A DNA stretch of 36,336 nucleotides from Methanothrix sp. (GTDB lineage: Archaea > Halobacteriota > Methanosarcinia > Methanotrichales > Methanotrichaceae), in NCBI GenBank assembly GCA_037128175.1, contig JBAXWY010000028.1:1-36336 (forward strand). Direction: 5' to 3'. A model generated the notes under the pieces. The model was given only the letters and a program-made list of their open reading frames with translations, was not told the DNA's origin and ran no database searches. Shown here one piece after another: positions 18,233-27,670 of this stretch. Position numbers and translations under genes: made by a program. Every line of letters starts with the position of its first letter. Within the stretch, counting starts at the first letter, position 1.

Positions 18233-18595
18233 TTATTTTTCTTGACCGGCTTTTAGCAGTAGATTTTCCAGCACGCATCGCTTCCACTTGATGGTTACCG
18301 GCTTTGCGCACCTTCCCTCTAGGAGATAGACCTGTCCGGGACGGGTTTTCAGAAATTGCTTAATCTCAGAAAGCGCAGTACTGGAAAGCTGAATCTTTCT
18401 GTCCGCAGCAACTTGCAACTGTCCGCTCTCAGTGTCCAGATCAGAGACGCATAGCTTGATCAGGTATTCAAGATCAAGGCGGGTCTCAAAGAGGAGAAGA
18501 AGTATGATTTTATCCATGCCTGATGCTAAATCGAGCAACCTTTTTTTCTCCGTCTCGGCAATCTCGCTTAAGCCATTCACATTATTTCCAGACAC
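18233..18595 (-). CDS. Tyrosine-recombinase-derived small protein lacking catalytic residues
   Basis: LLLFETRLDLEYLIKLCVSDLD (degenerate box I); PGQVYLLEGR matches PGQVWLFPGR of the 7586 remnant; start uncertain. Confidence 0.55.
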   Translation of the reverse strand: MSGNNVNGLSEIAETEKKRLLDLASGMDKIILLLLFETRLDLEYLIKLCVSDLDTESGQLQVAADRKIQLSSTALSEIKQFLKTRPGQVYLLEGRCAKPVTIKWKRCVLENLLLKAGQEK

Positions 18596-21500
18596 CGATC
18601 GAGCATTTCCGCCAGTTCTCTTCGCTTAACCGGCTTGGCAATGAAATCGTTCATTCCGGCTTGAATACACTTCTCCCGATCACCTTGCATGGCGAGAGCC
18701 GTCATGGCAATGATAGGAATGCCTGGATTGAGTGCCTTCGATCCTTGCCGGCGAATTATGCGTGTGGCCTCGTAACCGTCCATCTCAGGCATTTGGCAGT
18801 CCATCAGCACCAGGTCGTAGGGAGTGGTCTGGAGCGAATTGACGGCCTCCAGACCATTGGCCACAACATCCGCTTGCAGCCCCATCTTTCGGAGCAAGGC
18901 CTGGGCTACTTTCTGGTTTACGGGATTATCCTCCGCCACCAGGATGCGTATTTTGTGTTTGAACGATCGGGATATAGCAGGCCCAGTCGCGAAACGGTCT
19001 ATCGCACCACCTCCCTCAATTTTGGCAAACATCTCATCTGCAGATCCAGAGCCTTCCGGCTGCTTCTCAAACACCGCGGTGAACCAGAAGGTCGTGCCTT
19101 TGCATTCTTCGCTTTCCACGCCGATCATGCCGCCCATCAGTTCGGCAAGCTGCCGGGAGATGGCCAGCCCCAGACCGGTTCCACCATATTTGCGTGTTGT
19201 CGATCCGTCCACCTGAGTGAACGGTGAGAAGAGAATATCCTGCCTATTTGCCGGGATGCCGATACCCGTATCTCTGACCGAGAAGCGAATTGTGACTTTT
19301 CGTTCGTCTTCGCTCTCCAGGCTGGCACGAATCACGATCTCTCCCTTCTCGGTAAACTTAACGGCATTGCTTCCCAGGTTGACTAGAATCTGGACCAGCC
19401 TTCCTGGATCACCTCTCAGCCGCGACGGCACCGTAGGGTCCACCATAGAGACCAGTTCCAGTCTTTTCTCATGAGCACCGACTGCCAGGAGATCTATCGT
19501 ATTGTCAAACGTAGATCGCAGATCGAAGTCCAGCGTTTCCAGCTCCAGTTTACGGGCTTCGATCTTGGAGAAATCCAGGATGTCGTTGATGAGAGACAAC
19601 AGTATTTCGCCGCTGATACTGGCGATTTTTGCGTATTCACTCTGCTCGGCATTCAAATTCATATCCAGCAGCAATCCGATCATGCCGATGACGCCGTTCA
19701 AGGGGGTACGAATCTCGTGGCTCATATTGGCCAGAAATTCGCTCTTGGCGGCATTGGCCTTCCTGGCCAGATCGGCCATCTCATTGGATCGAGCGGTCTG
19801 CTCATTGAGATACTTGTTAAGTCGGTTAGCTTCGTTCAGAGTCTCAAGCAAATCTTCATCCGCACGAGCGGTCTGAATGACCTGGGTGACTGTATTACTG
19901 AGGATGTTGAGCTGGGCATCTTCCTCGCCGGTGATAGGTTGTTTGCTGAAAAGTGCCATGACACCCAAGGTCTCTCCACCAGGTAAACGTAACTGGTAAC
20001 CGGCAAACGAGACGAGGCCAATCTCCTTTGCCCATTCGTGGTTGTAAATCCAAGGTTCGCTTTGTACATCGTTGGTAAGGAATCTGTGTTCCTGCTCCGA
20101 TGCAACGCACCCGATCTTGTAGCAACCAAAAGGCACGCGTCTGTGAAACACCCCGTCCGTGTGGGTATACCGTCCCGAACTGGCCAGGAGTCGGAGACAT
20201 CGATCTTTATAAAGGCAGACGTGCGGTCCAACAGTCGTCGCTGCATGTATGCATCCGGCATCGCAGAGGTCACCGGAACTGGTGATCCAAATGCGGCAAA
20301 AGTCGGCCCCGAAGATATCCACCACACCGTCGGTGATCTTCTTGAGTTTCTGCTCCAATTTGGCGGGGCTTAGCAGAGTCTGTTGAAGCAGATTCAACTG
20401 CCCCTGTCGTACCAGGGAATGTGCACGGCTTAAATCTGCATTCTTGCGCTCGGTGATATCGGTAAGCATGGCAAAGGATCCGGCAAATTGGCCTGTTTCA
20501 TCTTTAAGCGGTGTTGCCGATACTATCGTCCAGCAGCAGCTTCCATCCTTGCGACGATGCCTGCGCTCATATTGCGCACCTGTGCAGGATACACGCACTT
20601 GCATCCTGGCTTTGTGATCCGGGAGGTCCTCTTCGAAAATGAAGGCGGTTACCGGCTTACCTAGCATCTCCTCTGCTTGATAGCCCAGCATGTTGGCCAG
20701 CTTCTTGTTCACGAAAGCATAGCGGAATTGATCATCCATGATCATGATGCCTTCGTTGGCAGTCTCGACTATTCGTTTGTATCGTGCTTCGCTATCTCGC
20801 AGCGCCCCCTCCGCCCGCTTGCGCTCGGTGATGTCCCGCAACTGCTCGACAATGAATTCGATCTCTCCTTCTTCATTCAATACGGGATTAGACCGGCAGT
20901 TCAGATAAACTCCGTATTCGGGCAGATACTTCTCTGTCTGTTCCAATCTCTTTGTCTTTTGCGCCTTTTCGCTTGCACATTCTTCGCAGGGAAGGTTTCG
21001 ACCGATTAGTTCGTAGCATCGTCGCCCGTGAACCTCCTCTGGAGAAAGGTTCAAAAATTCATATCCAGCGCGGTTATAGCGTACTATCGTATGGTCAGGA
21101 TTTTGTATTCCAATGATATCAGGTATGGAATCGAGGGTAGCGTTCAGAAGTGCTTCTGATGAAGCAATTTTCTCTTCCGCCTTCTCACGCTCTGTGATAT
21201 CCTCGCCGCATGAAAGCGTACCTGTGATATTTCCCGCCTCGTCTCTTAATATGGTGTTATGCCAGGAAACAATTCTCTCCTCGCCATTGCGGGTCAATAC
21301 CACGCCCTCTACATACCTGGCCGGCTCAATAATCCCTATCATCAAATGATCAAATATCTCTTCAACATCCGCTCTTGCCCGCGCCGGCAAAAAACGGCTA
21401 AACCAGTTCGTGCCTATAATCTCGTCTTCACGGTATCCCAGCAGACGACAACCGGCCTGGTTGACCAGAGTTACCGTATGGTCGGAGCTGATGGAGATAA

Positions 21501-22386
21501 TTATTGTCCCCACAATATCAAGATATAGCTGGGCCAGTTCTTTCTCTTGCCGTAGAGCCTCCTCCGACTGCTTGCGTTCGGTGATGTCCGTGGCGATTTC
21601 CATACGAACCAGCGTTTTGCCGGTCCAAGGGATTGCTTGGTCCCGGCATTCATACCATCTACCAGTAACCGTATTTTGAAACTCCCACAGGAACACACCG
21701 GTCGAGATCCCGGTATCAGACACAAGTTTATCATTCGTGCAAAATGAACATGGGCCTTTTTGGCCTTTTTGAATGACCTGCCAACATTTCCGCCCCTGCA
21801 CATCACCCCACGTGTCACGACCATATTTATTGATGAACAATAGCTCGTAAGAATTTAAATTCGCCACATACACCAAAGAATCAAGGCTATCCAGAATATC
21901 CGTTAGGCACTTATGACTCTCGTCGATCGCCTCTTCCGCCTGCTTTCGCTCAGTGATATTGCTTGTGGTGCCAAAGACGGAAACTCTGCCATCCGGCTGA
22001 GAATAAGCCGAACCCTTAGAACCAACACAAAGCGTCGTGCCGTCAGCCTTTCGCAGACGGTATTCGGCGGTTTTATCTTTTCCAAGCGTTTGTATCCCCT
22101 CGGAAATTATCTTCTGCACAGCCGGCAAGTCATCCGGATGGACATAGGAGAAATATTTGTCAAAGCTGTTTCCGATGGTGCCTTCCGGCAAGCCGAGCAT
22201 CCTATCCGCAACCGGCGAGATATAGGAGCCGACAGGCTCGCCTTTTGCATTGACATCATAGCGCCAGACGATATCGGATATCATCGATACGACCTGCTCG
22301 TACTGGGCTTGGCTGTCCTCTGTAGCTTGCCTGGCTTTTCGCAGAGCTTCCAGAACCTCTCTGCGATCGATGATGTCATTGCCCAT
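18577..22386 (-). CDS. Hybrid sensor histidine kinase (multiple PAS, GAF, HisKA, HATPase, REC)
   Basis: Repeated DITERK; FLANMSHEIRTPLNG; GGTGLGLAI; LMDCQMPEMDG. Confidence 0.96.
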   Translation of the reverse strand: MGNDIIDRREVLEALRKARQATEDSQAQYEQVVSMISDIVWRYDVNAKGEPVGSYISPVADRMLGLPEGTIGNSFDKYFSYVHPDDLPAVQKIISEGIQTLGKDKTAEYRLRKADGTTLCVGSKGSAYSQPDGRVSVFGTTSNITERKQAEEAIDESHKCLTDILDSLDSLVYVANLNSYELLFINKYGRDTWGDVQGRKCWQVIQKGQKGPCSFCTNDKLVSDTGISTGVFLWEFQNTVTGRWYECRDQAIPWTGKTLVRMEIATDITERKQSEEALRQEKELAQLYLDIVGTIIISISSDHTVTLVNQAGCRLLGYREDEIIGTNWFSRFLPARARADVEEIFDHLMIGIIEPARYVEGVVLTRNGEERIVSWHNTILRDEAGNITGTLSCGEDITEREKAEEKIASSEALLNATLDSIPDIIGIQNPDHTIVRYNRAGYEFLNLSPEEVHGRRCYELIGRNLPCEECASEKAQKTKRLEQTEKYLPEYGVYLNCRSNPVLNEEGEIEFIVEQLRDITERKRAEGALRDSEARYKRIVETANEGIMIMDDQFRYAFVNKKLANMLGYQAEEMLGKPVTAFIFEEDLPDHKARMQVRVSCTGAQYERRHRRKDGSCCWTIVSATPLKDETGQFAGSFAMLTDITERKNADLSRAHSLVRQGQLNLLQQTLLSPAKLEQKLKKITDGVVDIFGADFCRIWITSSGDLCDAGCIHAATTVGPHVCLYKDRCLRLLASSGRYTHTDGVFHRRVPFGCYKIGCVASEQEHRFLTNDVQSEPWIYNHEWAKEIGLVSFAGYQLRLPGGETLGVMALFSKQPITGEEDAQLNILSNTVTQVIQTARADEDLLETLNEANRLNKYLNEQTARSNEMADLARKANAAKSEFLANMSHEIRTPLNGVIGMIGLLLDMNLNAEQSEYAKIASISGEILLSLINDILDFSKIEARKLELETLDFDLRSTFDNTIDLLAVGAHEKRLELVSMVDPTVPSRLRGDPGRLVQILVNLGSNAVKFTEKGEIVIRASLESEDERKVTIRFSVRDTGIGIPANRQDILFSPFTQVDGSTTRKYGGTGLGLAISRQLAELMGGMIGVESEECKGTTFWFTAVFEKQPEGSGSADEMFAKIEGGGAIDRFATGPAISRSFKHKIRILVAEDNPVNQKVAQALLRKMGLQADVVANGLEAVNSLQTTPYDLVLMDCQMPEMDGYEATRIIRRQGSKALNPGIPIIAMTALAMQGDREKCIQAGMNDFIAKPVKRRELAEMLDRCLEIM

Positions 22387-22549
22387 GATTACTAATGAAT
22401 GGTTCTGATTGATACATCTGTTGGAAGAGTTTTTTCCCCAAATTCCATTGGTTATCTCGTGACTCCTGCAGCATTCACCTCGTTGCCCAAGGAGGCCCCA
22501 TACTTCTTCGCCGCTATCCAGTCGAGCTTCTACATGGGGCTGTATTGGG

Positions 22550-22673
22550 CCGGTTCATCTCGCATTCTCGTGCGCTGCCTTGCGACGCAGGGCCGTTCGC
22601 CCGCGTGGGCATGCGTCCGTGCGCCCGCATGTGGGCTCGGCACGCCCGGGTGGGCAGGAGGCCATAGGGCCGG
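22550..22673. repeat. GC-rich dispersed repeat, copy 1
   Basis: CTCGCATTCTCGTG...TCGCCCGCGTGGGCATGCG...GCCATAGGGCCGG shared with 23139 and 33449. Confidence 0.8.
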
Positions 22674-22771
22674 ACCACTGTGGTTTTTGCATCTTCCTGA
22701 TGAGGAGGTCGATCTCGCCAAAATTAAGGGAGTCTTGGTTTTGTTGACTTATCGCATAGCAGTAGTAGCGA

Positions 22772-22924
22772 TCATATCTCATTGAATACTTCGATAAACT
22801 CTTCTCTGGAAATTCCTGCTTGCCTTAAGATTATCAATAGCGTGGAACCCTTAATCACTTCATGGTTCGGCATAGTCAGGGGCGTTTTGCTTCCATCGGG
22901 ATTTATCCTATTCATGGAAATGTA
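22772..22924 (-). pseudogene. hicA: HicA toxin C-terminal remnant
   Basis: ISMNRINPDGSKTPLTMPNHEVIKGSTLLIILRQAGISREEF; N-terminal half missing. Confidence 0.8.
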
Positions 22925-23070
22925 TCTATATGGAACTGGATGGCAGATTTAACATCAGCAATTGCTTCCTCATAAGTATCGCCTTCACCTACTATTATCC
23001 CCTTGATGCCGATGGGATAGGCGACATAGCCATCAGGATGCTTTTCTATAATTATCTTTATCGGCTGCAT
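22912..23070 (-). pseudogene. hicB: HicB antitoxin, probably 3'-truncated (not in ORF track)
   Basis: MQPIKIIIEKHPDGYVAYPIGIKGIIVGEGDTYEEAIADVKSAIQFHIDTFP*. Confidence 0.85.
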
Positions 23071-23138
23071 CTATTAGCAAGAGGTTGTTCTTGAAAATAA
23101 ATCTATGCTTGGACGGTCGCGCAATTCATCGTTCTCAT

Positions 23139-23275
23139 CGGCTCGCTTCGCATCTTCATGCGCTGCCTCCGGATGCGAGGCCGCTCGCCCGCGTGGGCAT
23201 GCGCCTGCCCGCGCTCGTGCGCCCGTAAGCGGAGCCCCGGTGCGCTCGGGTGAGCCGGTGCCCTCGGGCCGGGGG
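23139..23275. repeat. GC-rich dispersed repeat, copy 2
   Basis: Shared core; homology with copy 3 continues 23284-23391 versus about 33588-33693. Confidence 0.8.
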
Positions 23276-23378
23276 TCGATAGCTGATCAAATCAGGGGCG
23301 GCATTTTGGAGCTGGCTTTCTGTTGGTTTGCGTTAGGCAATTACCGTCACCAGCACTCGTTTCTTTTTCCGGGTCATA

Positions 23379-23801
23379 GGTCAAATTACCTACCACATCG
23401 TACTGGTGCCAAAGTATCGATACAAGATATTCTTTGATAAGCGAGTTAAAAAGGATTGCGAGCTAATTCTCAACAATATTTGCATGGATCAAGGCTATAA
23501 AATTCATGCCATGGAAATTGTAGACGATCATGTTCACTTGTTCCTGGAATTCCACCCGAGTTCTTCTCTATCAAGAGTCGTTCAATTTTTGAAAGGAGGC
23601 AGTTCATATAGAATGTTCAAGCTTCATCCCGAATTGAAAAAAAGATATTGGGGCGGAAGCTTGTGGTCAAGTGGCAAATTCTTTCGATCCGTTGGAAATG
23701 TGACTGCTGACACAATAAAGCACTATATTAAGGAATCTCAGGAGAAACCAAAAGCAGAGTCGCAATTTTGCAGATCAAATTTAATAATTCTAGGATACTA
23801 A
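23379..23801 (+). mobile_element. tnpA: IS200/IS605 Y1 transposase, 5'-truncated
   Basis: YHIVLVPKYR, DHVHL (HUH), KGGSS, LWSSGKF, YIKESQ; no start codon ahead of the YHIV motif and no tnpB. Confidence 0.9.
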
Positions 23802-24038
23802 GGAATTTTCTGGATATCAAGCGCAAGAAAGACCCATTCTGGGGACGTTAATCTCCCCGACTTTTTTAAAAATAAGTTCTTCTCAGTTAGCTGTGGTACG
23901 TATCCATCTGTTTAATCTCCTTTGACTGGTAAATAACTTCAAGTATACCTATGCTTTACATTTTAAAAAATACTCAAGAATAACTTTTAAATAGTTAGAA
24001 TGGTAACATTATATTTTAAAAAGAAATGGGGTGAGATT

Positions 24039-24479
24039 ATGAGCCTAGGAACAAGTAAGGAGAATGTTCTTGTTGTTGGATGCAAAATCGACATGATCGA
24101 TAAATGCGTAGCATGCAGTCGTTGCATAAAAGCATTCAATGACAGGGATGATGAGTTTACAGGTATAAGCCCATCAGCCGAACTCATTGGATTACTTGAC
24201 TGTGGAGGTTGCCCTGGAGTCGCTATGGGCGCAAGGCTTAATGAATTCAAGTTTTGGAATCAACCACCAATGGGGGACCTACCGACCCACGTATTTATAG
24301 GCAATTGCATTACCGCCAAAAACAAAGCAGGTAAATATATCTGTCCTTACGCAGAAAATATCATCGAAACGATTCATGCTAAGATGGAGACGGATCCAGT
24401 TACAGGAACAGATCCAACAGGGAAATTCCATACGCATAAAGGGACGCACTCCAAAGGCAAACACAATCTTCATCCATAG
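24039..24479 (+). CDS. CGGC domain protein
   Basis: CVACSRC, DCGGCPG, CPY; GGTGA RBS before ATG 24039. Confidence 0.88.
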   Translation: MSLGTSKENVLVVGCKIDMIDKCVACSRCIKAFNDRDDEFTGISPSAELIGLLDCGGCPGVAMGARLNEFKFWNQPPMGDLPTHVFIGNCITAKNKAGKYICPYAENIIETIHAKMETDPVTGTDPTGKFHTHKGTHSKGKHNLHP

Positions 24480-24679
24480 CTCCAGGTGGGCAGGCAATAA
24501 AATCGATTGCAGTCTGAGTGCATATTATTCTATATTTTTTTAATTAATTTTTTATAAACAATTTGTTAAAAAATTGGCAGCAGCGGAAATGCCGGCGGTT
24601 TGCTTTGCATATCTATTCGCTGCCACCTTAATTCTTAGATTCTTCGCCACATTTTGCGAGTGAATGTGAATGCATGGTT

Positions 24680-25681
24680 TCATGTCATCTTCTTGGACTG
24701 CATCACCTTATCGTAGAAGCGGTTATCGAAGAGGTCACTTTGGTTCATCATCTTCTGCGTATAATTCATTGCATATTGCGCTTCTGCAAATTCCATTGTG
24801 TCGTTGATCAGTAGATGCGGGTCACTCATCCATTTACCATCCCATGTTTTTATGGAGTACTTGATCATCTCCAGGTCCTGTCCCGTGCGATTGGAGTAAA
24901 TTTCTGCGGCTTCCATGGGGTGAGCATTGGCATAATCCGTGGCATTAATATGCGTACGAATTATCTGTTCCACTAGCTCTGGTTCTTCCCTTATCAGCTT
25001 GCCGCTGACGACTATGGCGCAACATGCGTGGTTGGGTTTCATTTTGCCTGAGGCCACCGCGGACTTGCCCTTTTTCGCCAATTCAATCATTGCGGGACCT
25101 GGTTCTGGGAGGAATACCCCATCTACTTTTCCTGCAAGCATGGAGCTCACGGCATCTCCTGGCCCCATGGAAGTGATGTTGACCTCGGAGATGCTTACGC
25201 CGTTATTTTCCAGCCATACCTTCAGTAAGGTGTCCTGGGCTGTGCCTGCCGGTAAGGCCCCTATTTTTAATCCTCGCAGAGACTGCGGTCCTTTATAATT
25301 AAAATCGGGCCTCAACACGAGGGTTGAGCCATTAATATTTACAGCTACCACAATCTTTGCATCTAGGCCTCTCGTTACGGGACGAATAAACGGCGCAGTA
25401 CATATATAGGCCGCATCTATGTCTCCTGCCTTCATAGCCTCTAATTCAGAACCACCCGAAGGATATCCAAATTCCTTGATCTCTTTGATCCCAAACGGCA
25501 TTAGATCTTCCTGCCACCAGCCCTTCGCCTGCGCGATCATTTCTGCCACGTGATGAGTTGTAGGCTGGTAACCTATGCGAAGTTGAGTGACTTTTTCGGT
25601 CTTATTCTCTGGAGACGTAATGCATCCAAGAGAAAAAAGCATAACGACTGCTAGCATAGTAATAAGAGTAATACTTTTCAA
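24680..25681 (-). CDS. ABC transporter substrate-binding lipoprotein (SsuA/TauA/NMT1-like)
   Basis: Lipobox SLGC; LRIGYQP; VDGVFLPEP; HACC. Confidence 0.92.
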   Translation of the reverse strand: MKSITLITMLAVVMLFSLGCITSPENKTEKVTQLRIGYQPTTHHVAEMIAQAKGWWQEDLMPFGIKEIKEFGYPSGGSELEAMKAGDIDAAYICTAPFIRPVTRGLDAKIVVAVNINGSTLVLRPDFNYKGPQSLRGLKIGALPAGTAQDTLLKVWLENNGVSISEVNITSMGPGDAVSSMLAGKVDGVFLPEPGPAMIELAKKGKSAVASGKMKPNHACCAIVVSGKLIREEPELVEQIIRTHINATDYANAHPMEAAEIYSNRTGQDLEMIKYSIKTWDGKWMSDPHLLINDTMEFAEAQYAMNYTQKMMNQSDLFDNRFYDKVMQSKKMT

Positions 25682-25748
25682 AAGCCATCACCTTTAACAT
25701 AATGCTAATGATCTTTCATTGATAATAATCTTTTGGTATATGTTTGGC

Positions 25749-27491
25749 TCAGCATGTAAGAAAAAATGATTCACATGGCAGGAATTCAATCTCCATTGCA
25801 GAACCATCGCTGGTTTTATATCGTTGGATGATTCCGCCGCAAAGGGCAAATGATCTTTCGAAAAATCTCCAGGTTTGTTCGTCCAGAATATAATCCAGAT
25901 CTTTTTCCTGTACAGCTATGCATATGGAGACCCAGCCTTGATTAGAGGACGTAATTATTTGTATCTCTGTTACCTCTGCACTAGGTAGCCTTTCCATGAG
26001 GTCCATCAAGGCATCGGTGAAACGCTCTTTATCCATGCGCACTAATGGCAGGTTTTTGTCGGCTTTGAACTCCAGATTTGCTCTCTCAAGCAAATTGACA
26101 TAAGCTATCCTCGTCCGCAGCTCCCTGACGTAATCTTCATGAACATCGGCATCGATGATAGCATCATCTTCATAAGGCCTGGATAGAGAGCGATCTATGA
26201 TCTCATTTAAGATTATATTGAGGTCCACATCATCTGCATAATAAGTGGGCCTAAAGCCACGATATGTGATGGCATAGTCGTTTAGCATTCTATTGGCTCT
26301 TCTCAAAAGCGATCTGTCCGGAAACGATCCTAGCTTTTTGCCCTCAAAAACCTGATCCAACTTCTTTATAATCTGTCCAGCTTTATGCACCAAATCCCAA
26401 TCAAGCTTCTTGCCATTATGCAATTCCTGTACAAAGCTATTGAATTCAAGGAAAAGCTTATCAATTTCTTTTATATCGAGGAGTGTCTGCATGTCCTCCG
26501 CTTCTCCGCTTTCCTCCAGCCAATCGAGCACATGAGAGACATAAGCCAATCTGCCAACTATTATCGTAAGAAGCCTCTCCAGCTCTCTCATCAAATCCTG
26601 GGCATAAATTGCTGTATTCCTAGCCCACTGCGGTGTGATCTCCTCCAGGCCTGACAGCGAAAGTACATCCTGATACATAGTGCTCAGAATAGTCCATGCT
26701 GTATCTATGTCGATAATTCGGCCATGTCCTGGGCAGCAAAAGCTGATATTCTTTTTCTCAAGAATCCACATAATTTTATAAATAGATTTTATAAGATTCG
26801 GCTGGCTCCAGCCGTATGCTCCTGCCATTCCCGGATTGGGGGCGAAGAAAAGGTCTCCGGTGAAAAGAAGACTTCCAGCCCTCATGCATAAGCTATCTGG
26901 GCTGTGACCGGGTATGGAATATATCTCAAGAGAGTCCTCATTGCCCAATGAAATCGTTTGGCTTTGCAGGACGGGACCATAGCGTATTTTAATAGAGTCT
27001 ATATAATATGAAAATATCCATCCTTTCTGTTCAAGCTCAAGCGATCCGCCAATAATCATATCCTGTTTGGAAAGCAGTTTGATATCGACCGAAATGGGGG
27101 CCATTTTTATGCCGAGAAGGCCAGCCAAGGTCAATTCGGAGTCCTGCCTTATCAGGGCGTCCGCCCCAATCTCTTGAGCTGCTACTACAATCTCGCCCAG
27201 ACCCTTGATACTTTTGAGGCGGTTTAATTGAAAACAATGGTCTAAATGGGCATGGGTTAGATATACAACCACCGGCCTATTCTTCTCGTTAAGCATGATG
27301 GCAATGTTCTCTACCAGGCAATCGAGCTGGTCGTCCAGAGCACCTGGGTCTATTACTGCGATTTGGTTTTCTCCAGATAGGATGAAAGAATTAGAGGACA
27401 TGAGGTCTATCTTTCGAATATATGGATAGAACTTCATTCCTCTGGTTCCAGGAATCGGTTGTATAATATTGGATTTTATCATAATAATCAT
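25749..27491 (-). CDS. Metallo-beta-lactamase-fold hydrolase fused to a degenerate histidine-kinase-like C-terminus
   Basis: THAHLDH, PGHSPD, TGD, PGHG; VDLNIILNE...PLVRMDKERF; start uncertain. Confidence 0.85.
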   Translation of the reverse strand: MIIMIKSNIIQPIPGTRGMKFYPYIRKIDLMSSNSFILSGENQIAVIDPGALDDQLDCLVENIAIMLNEKNRPVVVYLTHAHLDHCFQLNRLKSIKGLGEIVVAAQEIGADALIRQDSELTLAGLLGIKMAPISVDIKLLSKQDMIIGGSLELEQKGWIFSYYIDSIKIRYGPVLQSQTISLGNEDSLEIYSIPGHSPDSLCMRAGSLLFTGDLFFAPNPGMAGAYGWSQPNLIKSIYKIMWILEKKNISFCCPGHGRIIDIDTAWTILSTMYQDVLSLSGLEEITPQWARNTAIYAQDLMRELERLLTIIVGRLAYVSHVLDWLEESGEAEDMQTLLDIKEIDKLFLEFNSFVQELHNGKKLDWDLVHKAGQIIKKLDQVFEGKKLGSFPDRSLLRRANRMLNDYAITYRGFRPTYYADDVDLNIILNEIIDRSLSRPYEDDAIIDADVHEDYVRELRTRIAYVNLLERANLEFKADKNLPLVRMDKERFTDALMDLMERLPSAEVTEIQIITSSNQGWVSICIAVQEKDLDYILDEQTWRFFERSFALCGGIIQRYKTSDGSAMEIEFLPCESFFLTC

Positions 27492-27670
27492 CAGGTGCTA
27501 TGAGATTTTATATAGATAATGAATATGTTGCATATTTAACGATTACGTTAAAATAGGCAGAAGTGCAATAGTACACTATGGACTTTGAGTCTGGTGGATC
27601 TTTCGCTCAAACTCTTTTGATCCATATCTCTTCAATTTCTGGTGATATTCGTCCTGGGAGGAAGTGATAA

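Noticed and set aside
18523-22395. Numerous plus-strand ORFs inside the histidine kinase
   Set aside because: Antisense shadows with no recognisable motifs.
22555-23437. ORFs spanning the GC-rich repeats (also 33378-33866)
   Set aside because: Open only because GC-rich repeats lack stop codons; frames are not conserved between copies.
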